Source of the DNA: Caulobacteraceae bacterium
GTDB taxonomy: Bacteria > Pseudomonadota > Alphaproteobacteria > Caulobacterales > Caulobacteraceae
Assembly: GCA_019746095.1 (NCBI GenBank)
Contig: JAIESL010000002.1
Span: 100,603-164,602 of the forward strand
Direction: 5' to 3'
DNA: 64,000 bases
The first letter of the stretch is position 1. Each line of letters starts with the position of its first letter. Of the stretch, positions 39,501 through 51,712 are shown piece after piece. The notes below the pieces were generated by a model. That model had not been told where the DNA came from and ran no database searches. It saw only the letters and a program-made list of their open reading frames with translations. The translations under genes were made by a program, and so were the position numbers.

Positions 39501-40583
39501 TCAGCCGTCAGCGGCGGCCTTCGACCGGACCATGTGGCCTTTTTCCGGACGGGCCGTGCCGGCGAGGACGGTCTGATAGATCGCCTTCAGGGCCTCCGGG
39601 CCGGCATGGGTGGAAACCTCCAGCCAGCCATTGTCCGCGATGAAGCCATCCAGCGCCGCCTGGATGCGGCTGTTCAGCACCTCGCCGCCCCAGTCCTTCG
39701 ACCGCTGGCGCAGCTGTTCGGGGGCGAAGAAGAAGGTCGGCCGGGGTCCCGGCAGGCGGCCCGGACCGACGGCCCCGGCAGCCTGGTGGGTGCTGCCCAC
39801 GACGGCGCTGTGCACCAGCTGGTCACCGAGGCTGTGGTGGACCGCGGCCACAACTTCCGGGGCACCGGCGAAGTCGACAAACACCACCTGCCCCTCGACC
39901 GGGGTCTGCGCGATGGCTTCATAGGTCCGGGTCTCGGCATAGTAGCCCACACCCTCGACAAAGCCGGTGTTACGGGGCGAGGTCAGGCCGATCACCCGCA
40001 CGCCACGCCGGGCCAGCAGCCAGCCGAGCCCGAGCGCCGTCTTGCTCGAGGCGCTGGACAGGATGAAGGTGGTGGCCCCGAAATCCGCATTGGCGGCGAA
40101 ATAGTCGTCCAGCAGGAAGGCGGTCAGGAACAGGGGCCGCAGCAGGGCGATCTGGTCGTCCAGCGGACCCGGCGCGGCCTCGACCAGGCTGTTGTAGGCG
40201 GACGGCAGGGCAGCGCGATGGGCCGAGACATCGACCACCCCCCAGGGCCGGCGCTCAAGCCGGGTCACCCAGTGGGTCGCCATCGGCAGATAGCCGAACA
40301 GCCGGGTTCCGACCGGAATGGTCTCCGCCGCGGACCGCCGCACCGTGGCAAAGCCCCAGACCGGGATCCGGCCCCAGTTCCCCTCTGCCGGAAAGAACTG
40401 CCAGTAACCCAGCCGGTCGCCATAGACGCCATAGGTGATGTTGTTGGCCGTGAGGGCGAACCGCTCCATCTCCAGCAGCACCTCGCCGTCCGCCGGCACC
40501 ACCGTGTCCGGTGCGGGCAGGGCAAGGACCTCGGTTCGGGACAGGTCCGTCCGGTCGATCAGCAAATCCCAGTTCTCGATCAT
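39501..40583 (-). CDS. DUF2855 family protein
   Basis: FALTANNITY, YW.FFP, PVWGFA and SSASSKTA motifs. Confidence 0.85.
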   Translation of the reverse strand: MIENWDLLIDRTDLSRTEVLALPAPDTVVPADGEVLLEMERFALTANNITYGVYGDRLGYWQFFPAEGNWGRIPVWGFATVRRSAAETIPVGTRLFGYLPMATHWVTRLERRPWGVVDVSAHRAALPSAYNSLVEAAPGPLDDQIALLRPLFLTAFLLDDYFAANADFGATTFILSSASSKTALGLGWLLARRGVRVIGLTSPRNTGFVEGVGYYAETRTYEAIAQTPVEGQVVFVDFAGAPEVVAAVHHSLGDQLVHSAVVGSTHQAAGAVGPGRLPGPRPTFFFAPEQLRQRSKDWGGEVLNSRIQAALDGFIADNGWLEVSTHAGPEALKAIYQTVLAGTARPEKGHMVRSKAAADG

Positions 40584-40675
40584 GCGGCACCTCGATCCTG
40601 TTCGACGGTCGGCTTGTGGCCGGACCCTGCGCTGGCTAGCGTGATGACCCAGCCGCGCGAGAGGAACAAGACCGG

Positions 40676-42106
40676 GTGACACGGCCGACCAGAATCGAGA
40701 CCGACTATCTGGTCGTGGGCAGCGGGGCGGTGGGCCTGGCCTTTGCCGACACCCTGCTGACCGAAAGCGACGCCCGGATCACCATCGTGGACCGGCACGG
40801 CAAGCCGGGCGGGCACTGGAACGACGCCTATGCCTTTGTGACCCTGCACCAGCCCTCGGCCTTCTACGGCGTCAACTCCATGCCGCTGGGGTCGGGTCTC
40901 AAGGATACCCACGGGCTCAATGCCGGCCTGTATGAACTGGCCTCCGGCCCGGAGGTCTGCGGCTATTTCGACGCCGTAATGCGACAGAGGCTGCTGTCGA
41001 GCGGTCGGGTCGACTATTATCCGATGACGGACTATCGCGGCGAAGGACAGCTGGTCTCACTGCTCAGCGGCGAAGAGACCCGGGTCGAGGCGCGGCGCAA
41101 GACGGTCGATGCGACCTGGTTCGGCACCTCGGTCCCTTCCACCCACACGCCGGCCTTCGCGGTGGCCGAGGGGGTGCGTCTGGTGCCGCCCAACGCCCTG
41201 CCCCATCTGGCGCAGTCCGGGGGGCCGGTCCCGGACCGCTATGTGATCCTCGGGGCGGGCAAGACCGCCATGGACGCCGGTCTCTGGCTGATCAGCGCAG
41301 GCGTGCCCGCCGATCGCATCACCTGGGTCCGGCCGCGCGAGTCCTGGCTGCTCAACCGGCTCTGCACCCAGCCGGGCGAGGAGTTCTTCCACGACTCGAT
41401 CGGGGCCCAGGCCCGGGCCTTTGAGGCGTTCGCCACCGCTCCCTCGGCCGATGCCCTGTTCGAACAGCTGGAAGCGGCCGGCAATATGCTTCGGATCGAC
41501 GCGTCCGTCCGGCCACAGATGTTTCACTATGCGACCGTCTCGGCCGGTGAGGTCGAGGTGCTGCGCGGCATCACCGATGTCGTCCGCCTGGGCCGCGTCC
41601 GGGCCATCGAGGCCGGGGGCCTGCGCCTCGACGCGGGCTTTGTGCCGGTCGGGCCGGGGGCGTTGTATATCGACTGCACCGCCTCGGCGGTCACGCGCCG
41701 TCCGGCGGTGCCGGTCTTCGACGGCGACCGCATCACCCTGCAGATGATCCGGATGCCCGCCCCCACCTTCAGCGCCGCACTGGCCGCCTGGGTCGAGGTC
41801 CATATCGGCGATGAGGCCCGCCGCAACGAACTCTGCACCCCCTGTCCCCTGCCCGATACGGTCGCGGACTATCCGCAGACGGAGCTGGCCAATCTGCGCA
41901 ACCAGCTGGTCTGGTCGTCCGAGCCCGAACTGCGCCGATGGATCCGCGACAGCCGTCTCGACGGCTTCGGCAAGGTCGCCCGGGCGGTGACGCCGGACCA
42001 GACCGACAGGATGGCGGTCCTCACGGCCCTGCGGGACCGGGCCTGGCCGGCGGCGGCCAATCTGCAGCGGCTCGCCGGGCTGACCGCGGACGGTGCCCCG
42101 GCCTAG
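40676..42106 (+). CDS. FAD/NAD(P)-binding oxidoreductase
   Basis: [28 protein letters not shown] and GAGKTAMD motifs. Confidence 0.85.
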   Translation: MTRPTRIETDYLVVGSGAVGLAFADTLLTESDARITIVDRHGKPGGHWNDAYAFVTLHQPSAFYGVNSMPLGSGLKDTHGLNAGLYELASGPEVCGYFDAVMRQRLLSSGRVDYYPMTDYRGEGQLVSLLSGEETRVEARRKTVDATWFGTSVPSTHTPAFAVAEGVRLVPPNALPHLAQSGGPVPDRYVILGAGKTAMDAGLWLISAGVPADRITWVRPRESWLLNRLCTQPGEEFFHDSIGAQARAFEAFATAPSADALFEQLEAAGNMLRIDASVRPQMFHYATVSAGEVEVLRGITDVVRLGRVRAIEAGGLRLDAGFVPVGPGALYIDCTASAVTRRPAVPVFDGDRITLQMIRMPAPTFSAALAAWVEVHIGDEARRNELCTPCPLPDTVADYPQTELANLRNQLVWSSEPELRRWIRDSRLDGFGKVARAVTPDQTDRMAVLTALRDRAWPAAANLQRLAGLTADGAPA

Positions 42107-43101
42107 AGGGCGGCCTCGATCTCGCCCTGGTAGCCGAACAGCCCCTGGGCCCCGCCGGTGTGCAGGAAGACCAGGGTCTCGTTCTCGAACCGGCCCGCCT
42201 TCGCCAGGGCGATCAGCCCCTTCATCGCCTTGCCCGTATAGACCGGGTCCAGCACGATGGCGTCGGTCCGCGCCGCCAGCACAAGGGCGTCGATCACCGC
42301 CTGGTCGACCAGGCCATACCCCTCGCCGACATAGTCGCAGTCGGCCACCACCATCTCCGGCGTCACCGCGCCCGGCCGTCCCAGCAGGGTCGCCGTCTCG
42401 CGGGCCAGTTTCAGCACATTCTCTTCCTGCTTCGCCTTCGGGGCCCGGACCCCGATGCCCAGCACCGGAATGTCCGCCCCCATCACGGCCAGCCCGGCCA
42501 CCAGACCGGCATGGGTCCCGGCGCTGCCGGTCGCGGTGATGATCCGGTCGATCTGCATGTCCAGTTCGTCGGCCTGGACCACGATCTCGCGGGCGCAGTC
42601 GACATAGCCCAGGGCCCCGACCGGGTTCGAGCCGCCGCCGGGGATGATATAGGGCTTGCCGCCGCGCGCCCGCACCTCGGCCGCCGTCTTCTCCAGCTCG
42701 GCCGGCATGTCCGAGCCGCCAGGCACGGTGCGGATGCCCGCGCCGAACAGCCGGTCCATCAGGACGTTGCCGTTGCGGGTGTAGTCGACCGCCCTCGACC
42801 CCGTCCGCTCTTCCAGAATGACCTCGCAGGCCAGGCCGTGGGCCGCCGCCGCCGCCGCCGTCTGGCGCACATGGTTCGACTGCACCGCCCCTTGCGTCAC
42901 CAGCGTATCGGCCCCGCATTCGAAGGCGTCGCCCAGCAGGAACTCCAGCTTGCGGGTCTTGTTGCCGCCGCCGGCCAGGCCGGTGCAGTCGTCGCGCTTG
43001 ATCCAGATCTCCACCCCCAGCGCCTCGCTCAGCCGCGGCAGGGGCTCCAGCGGGGTCGGCAGATGCGCCAGGCGGATGCGGGGAAAGCGGGCGAGGTGCA
43101 T
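42103..43101 (-). CDS. dcyD: D-cysteine desulfhydrase (PLP-dependent)
   Basis: [27 protein letters not shown] and LDPVYTGK motifs. Confidence 0.9.
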   Translation of the reverse strand: MHLARFPRIRLAHLPTPLEPLPRLSEALGVEIWIKRDDCTGLAGGGNKTRKLEFLLGDAFECGADTLVTQGAVQSNHVRQTAAAAAAHGLACEVILEERTGSRAVDYTRNGNVLMDRLFGAGIRTVPGGSDMPAELEKTAAEVRARGGKPYIIPGGGSNPVGALGYVDCAREIVVQADELDMQIDRIITATGSAGTHAGLVAGLAVMGADIPVLGIGVRAPKAKQEENVLKLARETATLLGRPGAVTPEMVVADCDYVGEGYGLVDQAVIDALVLAARTDAIVLDPVYTGKAMKGLIALAKAGRFENETLVFLHTGGAQGLFGYQGEIEAAL

Positions 43102-43196
43102 CGATCGGACTCCATGGGGGACCGCCCCCGTTAGCACTGCAGGGGCCATCGGGCGACCGCTTGCCGACTCACACCGGCTGGCCCGATGCTGCCCCC

Positions 43197-43820
43197 ATGG
43201 CCGAATCGCCCGCCAACCCCGCCATAAGGCTGCGCAGCCGCCCCGCCACCGAGGCCCTCATCATCGAGGCCGGTGAGCGTATCCTGCTGCGCGACGGCTT
43301 CCCCGGCCTCAATGTCCAGACCCTGGCGGCCGAGGCCGGCTGCGACCGGAAACTGGTCTATCGCTATTTCGACGGTGCCGACGGCGTGGTCACCCGCATC
43401 GCCGCCCGCGCCCATGCCGAGCTGGTCCACACGCTGGACGCCACGCCCCCGGCCGGGTCCGAGACCCTGCGCGCCTTCGCCCGCGAGAGCCTGTCGGCCT
43501 GGCTGGGTGCCCTGCGCGCCAGTCCCCTGACCCTGCGGCTGATGGCCTGGGCCCTGGTCGAGGCCACGCCCCTGCTCAACCGCATCGAGGACGAACGGTC
43601 CGCCGTGCTCCAGGCCTGGATGCGCGAGCGCCGGCCCCGCCTGCGCCTGCCCCCGGCCGGCGACGCCGTGGCCATCAATGCCGTCCTGCTGGCGGCCGTC
43701 CAGCACCTCGCCCTGACCGGCGAGGCCCGTCCGGGCACCGGCGGCGTGGCCCTGGACGAGGCCGGCTGGGCCCGGATCCAGGCCGCGCTCGACGCCCTGC
43801 TCGCTGCCTTCCCCGATTGA
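43197..43820 (+). CDS. TetR-family regulator
   Basis: N-terminal HTH ([16 protein letters not shown]); divergent from dcyD. Confidence 0.85.
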   Translation: MAESPANPAIRLRSRPATEALIIEAGERILLRDGFPGLNVQTLAAEAGCDRKLVYRYFDGADGVVTRIAARAHAELVHTLDATPPAGSETLRAFARESLSAWLGALRASPLTLRLMAWALVEATPLLNRIEDERSAVLQAWMRERRPRLRLPPAGDAVAINAVLLAAVQHLALTGEARPGTGGVALDEAGWARIQAALDALLAAFPD

Positions 43821-43851
43821 AGCCCGCGCCGGGCAGGCGTAAGACTGGTTC

Positions 43852-46021
<2,170 letters not shown>

Positions 46022-46405
46022 CTCGACCCCGAAAAATGGGCGAAAAGCACCACTCTCGCCCCTGACGGCCGGAGGCGCACTGCGCGCTGGAGAGGAAATC
46101 CAGCCTGTCACAGCGGCGGGATCGGGATGGATTGTCAAACACCCAACGCGGAGGCGGCGGAGTTTCCGCCGTTCGAGGAATGAGTCTAACCCGGTGAGGA
46201 GCGGCGCCAGGTTGACCGGCCGGAATTGTTTCGCCGGCGGGAGCGAGAAGGCACCATCAGGGGTTCAAAAGGGCGGGAAGATCGGGGGCGGGAAGGCAGG
46301 CCGGGTCGGGCCCGGCCCGCTCCGGCAACCCGCATTTTCAGGCTTGATCCAGCTCGCAGGCCGCGCAAGCCTGATGAAATACTTCGTCTGACCCAGGGGG
46401 ACAGC

Positions 46406-46870
46406 ATGATCCGCACCGCCATTCTCGCCTTCACCCTTGTGGCCACACCGTCAGCGGCCCTGGCGCAGACCCAGACTGTAATGCCCGAAGTCCGGCTGCT
46501 GCGTCCGGCCCCCGGGACGACCGCCGAAATGCCCACTGCCCCGGTCGATCCAGTCCCGAGAGAGTACCGGGTCGACATGGCGATCGAGGACCAGGGCTGG
46601 ATCTATCAGGAGATCTCCGCACGCGGCCCCGAAACATCCCCGCCGGTTACCACAACGATCTATCAGGGTAGGGGTTATCCGGCGACGATCATGGTCTGCC
46701 CGACATTGGTGCCGCTCACGCTGCTGCCACGTGGCGAGGCAGAGGTACTTGTCCAAAACAGCCGCTGCGCGACCGTCACCACCGACTACCTGCAAGTCAG
46801 GACCGCCTCCCGGGACCGCCGCATGCTCATCCGCTACCGGATCCTGGCCGTCCACCGCGCCGCCGACTGA
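46406..46870 (+). CDS. Secreted hypothetical protein
   Basis: RBS-like AGGGGG; signal peptide MIRTAILAFTLVATPSAALAQ. Confidence 0.65.
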   Translation: MIRTAILAFTLVATPSAALAQTQTVMPEVRLLRPAPGTTAEMPTAPVDPVPREYRVDMAIEDQGWIYQEISARGPETSPPVTTTIYQGRGYPATIMVCPTLVPLTLLPRGEAEVLVQNSRCATVTTDYLQVRTASRDRRMLIRYRILAVHRAAD

Positions 46871-46875
46871 AGGCG

Positions 46876-46937
46876 CTCGCCACCAACGCCGGCAGGCGGT
46901 TGATCCCGCGCGAGACCCACAGCGCACCTCACCGGCA
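46876..46937 (-). pseudogene. Decayed duplicate of part of the dsbA-family gene (49711-49786)
   Basis: 27 bp identity 46899-46925 = 49735-49761; flanks match 18/24 and 10/12, with a 13 bp deletion. Confidence 0.8.
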
Positions 46938-46938
46938 C

Positions 46939-47153
46939 TTGTCATCCCGGAAGCCGCGCAGCGGCTATCCGGGACGGGACGGCACAGCCACCCCCACCCC
47001 CCGCCCGGAAGGCGCACCGCGCCTGTCCGGGCGACAGGCCAGGGCCGCACCGCATGGCTCCCGGCTCAGCCCCGACGGGCTGTCCGGGAGGGCATAGTGG
47101 GGGCACGCATCGTCCCGGCTCTGCGCCGCTGCGCGGCTTGGCCGGGATGACAA
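46939..47153. mobile_element. REP-doublet/MITE-like element, copy 1 (215 bp)
   Basis: 12 bp terminal inverted repeats TTGTCATCCCGG/CCGGGATGACAA; internal hairpins; near-identical to copies 2 and 3. Confidence 0.9.
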
Positions 47154-47160
47154 ACGGCCT

Positions 47161-47751
47161 TCACCCCGCCAACCGATCCGGCACGACCTGCCAGCCGTAA
47201 TAGGCCAGCCCCGCCGCCAGCAGGGCGATGTTGAACCAGCGCCGGCGCACCGCGATCAGCAGGCCGTAGCCGAGGCAGAACTCCCAGGGCAGGCTGGCCA
47301 GCACCGATCCCACGGTCATGGCGGGCGCGTCCGGCCACTGGCCCCCCGCCCACTGGATCATGCCGACGGCCCAGAAGGCCATCAGGCCGAGGATCAGGCT
47401 CCCGAAGGTCAGGGCGCGGGTGTGGTCATAGTGGGCATACAGGTCGACCGGCCCCTCCTCCGGGACGGGGTCGGGCAGGACGAAGGTCGCGGCCATGAAG
47501 GGCAGTATCAGCTTGCCGACCTGAAGCAGCAGCATCCCGACCGTCGTCTCCGTCTGGTTCCGCGCGCCCCACTGGCCCAGCCACACCGAGATGATGACCA
47601 GCACGATGATCCCGGCCAGCAACAGCGGCTCGGGCGCCCAGCGCACCCGCCGCCCGGCCAGGGCCAGCCGACTGACGGTCGAGGCCATATGCGCCAATGC
47701 CAGGCCGAGGATGACGGCGGACAGGCCGAAGGTGAATTCGAACAGCGACAT
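47161..47751 (-). CDS. Multi-pass membrane hypothetical protein
   Basis: MSLFEFTFGL start, several TM segments, LPD...EGPVDLY.HY motif. Confidence 0.8.
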   Translation of the reverse strand: MSLFEFTFGLSAVILGLALAHMASTVSRLALAGRRVRWAPEPLLLAGIIVLVIISVWLGQWGARNQTETTVGMLLLQVGKLILPFMAATFVLPDPVPEEGPVDLYAHYDHTRALTFGSLILGLMAFWAVGMIQWAGGQWPDAPAMTVGSVLASLPWEFCLGYGLLIAVRRRWFNIALLAAGLAYYGWQVVPDRLAG

Positions 47752-47805
47752 GGACCGACGTTCGGGGAAGGCGCGGGGGGCGTCAAGCGGCGGTGGGGGG
47801 GGGTC

Positions 47806-48018
47806 TTGTCATCCCGGAAGCCGCGCAGCGGCTATCCGGGACGGGACGGGACGTCCACAACTCCCCCGCCCGGAAGGCGCACCGCGCCTGTCCGGGCGAC
47901 AGGTCAGGGCCGCACCGCGTGGCTCCCGGCCCAGCCCTGTCGGGCTGTCCGGGAGGGCACACAGGCAGCGCCCGTCGTCCCGGCTCTGCGCCGCTGCGCG
48001 GCTTGGCCGGGATGACAA
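47806..48018. mobile_element. REP-doublet/MITE-like element, copy 2 (213 bp)
   Basis: Same terminal inverted repeats and core as copy 1, same orientation. Confidence 0.9.
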
Positions 48019-48130
48019 GGCAGGGGTCACGCTTCGGCGGCCATCCCCCCTTGAGGAGGAGGGCTCTCACGGCCGCCACCTACGGGTGCAAGTCCTCGCC
48101 GCCCGCCACCACCCGGGCTAAACTCCCCCC

Positions 48131-48640
48131 ATGCCCACCCTCGTCCTCCTCGCCGGACCCAACGGCGCCGGCAAGACCACCTTCATCAACCAGTTCCTGC
48201 GCGAGCGGGCGACGACGTTCCAGTTCGTCAATCCAGACGAGGTGGCGCGCAGCCTGACCGGTGCCGGCCCGGCCCGCGATCTGGCCGCCGGGCGGCTGGT
48301 GCTGGAACGGCTGGATCAGTTGTTCGCCCTGCGCGCCGATGTCATGCTGGAGACCACCCTGGCCACCCGCTCCCACGCCGTGCGCATCCGCGACTGGAAG
48401 GCGGCCGGGTATCGGGTCGAGTTGATCTATCTGCGCCTGCCCTCGGCCGACCACTCGGTCGCCCGTGTCGCCCGACGCGTGTCCGAAGGCGGCCATGGCA
48501 TTCCTGAGGACACGCTGCGCCGCCGCTTCCTGCTCAGCCTGGAATGCCTGGAGACGGTCTACAAACCGATCGTGGATGCGTGGCGGGTCTACGCGAGTGG
48601 TGCGGATGCGCCGGAACTGCTAGATTGGGGACCGAAATGA
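48131..48640 (+). CDS. Zeta-toxin-like/AAA_33 P-loop NTPase (COG4185-like)
   Basis: Walker A AGPNGAGKTT; FVNPD, ETTL and RV..GGH.IP motifs. Confidence 0.85.
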   Translation: MPTLVLLAGPNGAGKTTFINQFLRERATTFQFVNPDEVARSLTGAGPARDLAAGRLVLERLDQLFALRADVMLETTLATRSHAVRIRDWKAAGYRVELIYLRLPSADHSVARVARRVSEGGHGIPEDTLRRRFLLSLECLETVYKPIVDAWRVYASGADAPELLDWGPK

Positions 48641-48819
48641 GCACGATCTTCGATCACGAAACCGTCCTGAAAGCCCTGCGCGCTGCCGCGCACACGGCCA
48701 AACACGGCACGCGCGAGGAAAAGTCCGGCAAGTTCCTGCCGCCTCCGGGCTGGAAGGGTCACCTCGTCACCGCCGCCGACGTCGTTCCCAAGAAGCCGCG
48801 CAAGGCCAAGGCGGCTTAA
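48637..48819 (+). CDS. Small basic protein coupled to the zeta-like NTPase
   Basis: 60 aa; ATGA overlap; GC3-rich codons. Confidence 0.7.
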   Translation: MSTIFDHETVLKALRAAAHTAKHGTREEKSGKFLPPPGWKGHLVTAADVVPKKPRKAKAA

Positions 48820-48832
48820 TCAGCACCACCCC

Positions 48833-49047
48833 TTGTCATCCCGGAAGCCGCGCAGCGGCTATCCGGGACGGGACAGCATCCACCACGCCCCGCCCGGAAG
48901 GCGCACCGCGCCTGTCCGGGCGACAGGTCAGGGCCGCACCGCGTGGCTCCCGGCTCAGCCCTGACGGGCTGTCCGGGAGGGCATGGAGGGCGCACGCACC
49001 GTCCCGTCCCGGCTCTGCGCCGCTGCGCGGCTGGGCCGGGATGACAA
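48833..49047. mobile_element. REP-doublet/MITE-like element, copy 3 (215 bp)
   Basis: Same terminal inverted repeats and core as copies 1 and 2. Confidence 0.9.
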
Positions 49048-49120
49048 AGGGGGATGAGCCTCCGTCCAAATCTGACGCACCCCCGGCCTATCCTCCCCCG
49101 CGATCAGAAGGGAGGACCCC

Positions 49121-49624
49121 ATGCCCGACGGCACCCCCACCACTCCCGCCAACGGCCATCGCCCCGCGCCCGACGCGGTCTGGGCCCAGGTGCGCGAGGA
49201 CTATCTGGCCGGGATCTCCGCCCCCGCATGCTGCCGGCGTCACGGGGTCGGGCTGACCGCGCTGCGCAAGCGGGCGGCCAGCGAGGGCTGGCGGCGGGCC
49301 GACCAGCCGTGGACACCGCCGGTCCGGCTGGACCCGTGGGACGAGGGCGTGCTGCTGGAGGAAAGGGTCGCCGGCGATCTTGACCAGATCGAGATGCACG
49401 AGCTCGAATGGATCGCCGACCGGCGGATGATGCGGGCCGTCCTGCGCGGCGACGCCGCCGAGGCCCTGCGCTGGCGCCGGGTGCACGCCTTCCTCGCGGC
49501 CGACGCCCGGGAGATCGAGCGGCTGGTCGCTGCGGAGGAGAAGGCCATGGGATGCGTCCACCGGGACGCGCACGAAGCGCACGATGTGAACGGTGTGAAC
49601 GGTGTTTCCGGACGCGGCGCGTGA
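49121..49624 (+). CDS. Hypothetical protein with an N-terminal HTH-like segment
   Basis: RBS GGGAGG; W..VR.DYLAG......RRHGVG.TALRKRA..EGW.R motif. Confidence 0.75.
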   Translation: MPDGTPTTPANGHRPAPDAVWAQVREDYLAGISAPACCRRHGVGLTALRKRAASEGWRRADQPWTPPVRLDPWDEGVLLEERVAGDLDQIEMHELEWIADRRMMRAVLRGDAAEALRWRRVHAFLAADAREIERLVAAEEKAMGCVHRDAHEAHDVNGVNGVSGRGA

Positions 49625-49632
49625 GAGCCGGC

Positions 49633-50295
49633 TCAGCCCCCGGCGGCCATCTTCCGCAGGGCCTCTTCAAAGACGGAGGCCGGCTGCCCGCCCGAGATCA
49701 GCCATTTCCCCTCGACCACCACGGCGGGCACGCTGTTGATCCCGCGCGAGACCCACAGCGCCTCCGCCGCCCGCACCTCGGCGGCATGGAGGTCGCCTGA
49801 CAGCACCTCGACCGCCTTCGCCCGGTCCAGCCCCGCCGCCGCCGCCGCGTCGGCCAGGACCCCGGCGTCGGTCATCGTCCGGCCCTCGGTGAAATGGGCC
49901 GTGAACAGGGCCGCCTTCAGGGCCCTCTGTTCCGCCGGCCCCACCGTCGCCGCCCAGTGCAGCAGCCGGTGGGCGTCGAAGGTGTTCCAGATGCGGCTGT
50001 CGGGGCCCATCTGCATCCGGAACCCCGGCCAGGCGTCCTCGGCCCGTTCGGTGATCATGGCCCGGTTGGCCGCCGACTGTTCGGGGGTCGAGCCGTATTT
50101 GCGGGCGATATGCTCGCCGACGTTCTCGCCCTCGGGGGGCATCTGCGGGTTCAGCTCGAACGGCCGGAAATGCACCTCGGCCGTGATCCCCTCGGCCTTC
50201 AGCGCCTCCAGCGCCGTCTCCAGCCCGCCCAGCCCCACGACGCACCAGGGGCAGACGATGTCGGAGACGAAGTCGATGTGCAGGGTGCGGGTCAT
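49633..50295 (-). CDS. DsbA/FrnE-family oxidoreductase
   Basis: [25 protein letters not shown] and GINSVP motifs. Confidence 0.92.
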   Translation of the reverse strand: MTRTLHIDFVSDIVCPWCVVGLGGLETALEALKAEGITAEVHFRPFELNPQMPPEGENVGEHIARKYGSTPEQSAANRAMITERAEDAWPGFRMQMGPDSRIWNTFDAHRLLHWAATVGPAEQRALKAALFTAHFTEGRTMTDAGVLADAAAAAGLDRAKAVEVLSGDLHAAEVRAAEALWVSRGINSVPAVVVEGKWLISGGQPASVFEEALRKMAAGG

Positions 50296-50314
50296 GGGGC
50301 GGGGTCCTGCGGCC

Positions 50315-51493
50315 TCAGTCGCGCTCGACGCAGAGGGCCACGCCCATGCCGCCGCCGATGCACAGGGTGGCCAGGCCCTTCTTCGCGCCGCGCCGCTTCA
50401 TCTCATGCAGCAGCGTCGTCAGGATGCGGGCGCCCGAGGCGCCGATCGGGTGGCCGATGGCGATGGCGCCGCCGTTGACATTGACCTTGTCGGGGTCGAG
50501 GCCCAGCTCGCGCAGGACGCACAGGCTCTGGGCCGCGAAGGCCTCGTTGGATTCGACCAGATCGAGGTCGGCCACGGTCCAGCCGGCCTTCTCCAGCGCC
50601 TTTTTCGAGGCCGGGATCGGGCCGGTGCCCATGACCGCCGGATCGACGCCCGCCGTCGCCGAGGAGACGATGCGGGCCAGCGGCTCCAGCCCCCGGGCCT
50701 TCGCATCGGCCGCGCTCATCAGCACCAGGGCCGCGGCCCCGTCATTGAGGCCCGAGGCATTGGCGGCGGTGACGCTGCCTTCCTTCGTAAAGGCGGGCTT
50801 GAGCCCCTGCATGGCCTCCAGGGTCGCGCCGTGGCGGATGAACTCGTCCTTGTCGACGACGGTGTCGCCCTTGCGGCCCTTGATGGTCACCGGCGCGATC
50901 TCGTCGTCGAACCGCCCCGCCTTCTGCGCCGCCTCGGCCTTGTTCTGGCTGGCCACGGCGAAGGCGTCCTGATCCGCGCGGCTGATGTGGAAGGTGTCGG
51001 CGATGTTCTCGGCCGTCTGGCCCATGTGATAGCCGTTGAAGGCGTCCCACAGGCCGTCGCTGATCATGGTGTCGACCAGTTTGATGTCGCCCATCTTCTG
51101 GCCGGTGCGCAGGGCCTGGGCGTGCGGGGCCTGGCTCATGCTCTCCTGTCCGCCGGCCACGACGATGCGGGCGTCACCCAGGGCGATCTGCTGGGCCCCG
51201 ATGGCCACGGCGCGCAGGCCCGAGCCGCAGATCTGGTTCAGGCTCCAGGCCGCGGCCTCCTTGCGAATGCCCGCCCCCATGGCCGCCTGCCGGGCCGGGC
51301 CCTGCCCCGCCGCCGCCTGCAGCACATGGCCGAGGATGACCTCGTCCACCTCTTCCGGCGTGACCCCGGCCCGCTCCAGCGCCGCCCGGATGGCGACCTC
51401 GCCCAGTTTCGACGCCGGCAGGCTGGACAGGGCGCCGAGGAAGGAACCGACCGGCGTGCGCGCGGCGGAGACAATGACGACGTCGATGGACAT
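50315..51493 (-). CDS. phaA: Acetyl-CoA C-acetyltransferase (beta-ketothiolase)
   Basis: [20 protein letters not shown] and LCIGGGMG motifs; near phaR. Confidence 0.93.
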   Translation of the reverse strand: MSIDVVIVSAARTPVGSFLGALSSLPASKLGEVAIRAALERAGVTPEEVDEVILGHVLQAAAGQGPARQAAMGAGIRKEAAAWSLNQICGSGLRAVAIGAQQIALGDARIVVAGGQESMSQAPHAQALRTGQKMGDIKLVDTMISDGLWDAFNGYHMGQTAENIADTFHISRADQDAFAVASQNKAEAAQKAGRFDDEIAPVTIKGRKGDTVVDKDEFIRHGATLEAMQGLKPAFTKEGSVTAANASGLNDGAAALVLMSAADAKARGLEPLARIVSSATAGVDPAVMGTGPIPASKKALEKAGWTVADLDLVESNEAFAAQSLCVLRELGLDPDKVNVNGGAIAIGHPIGASGARILTTLLHEMKRRGAKKGLATLCIGGGMGVALCVERD

Positions 51494-51712
51494 GCAGGAC
51501 TCCTGAAACCGGCAGCAGGCGGGGGAGCGCCCGGGCCGGGGAAAACAAAACCTCTACGCCCATCCCGGGCGTTAGGTTGCCTGAAACGAGTCGTGCCGTT
51601 TTTGCCGCATCCCGCCGCCTTCGTCACCCACGACGACGTCGTTCAGCGAATGGTCACCCACCCGGGCGCAGGGTGGAGGCAACGAAAAGAGCGGGAAAGG
51701 CTTGATGGGGCC

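Noticed and set aside
46371-46390. CTGATGA as a hammerhead ribozyme core
   Set aside because: No stem II followed by GAAA at the required position.
46939-49047. Three regularly spaced repeats read as a CRISPR array
   Set aside because: Repeats are about 215 bp, the intervals are 650-815 bp and contain genes, and there are no cas genes.
46900-49152. Short ORFs overlapping the REP elements (e.g. 46965-47153, 47809-48030, 48836-49069)
   Set aside because: They are translations of the repeat itself and recur in each copy.
49121-49624. Prophage remnant (small terminase-like protein)
   Set aside because: No large terminase, portal, capsid or integrase gene is nearby; the resemblance is only a generic HTH.
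49736-51712. N-terminal 659 aa of the 896-aa ORF
   Set aside because: Antisense to dsbA and phaA; only 51713-52426 (hemolysin III family) is real.
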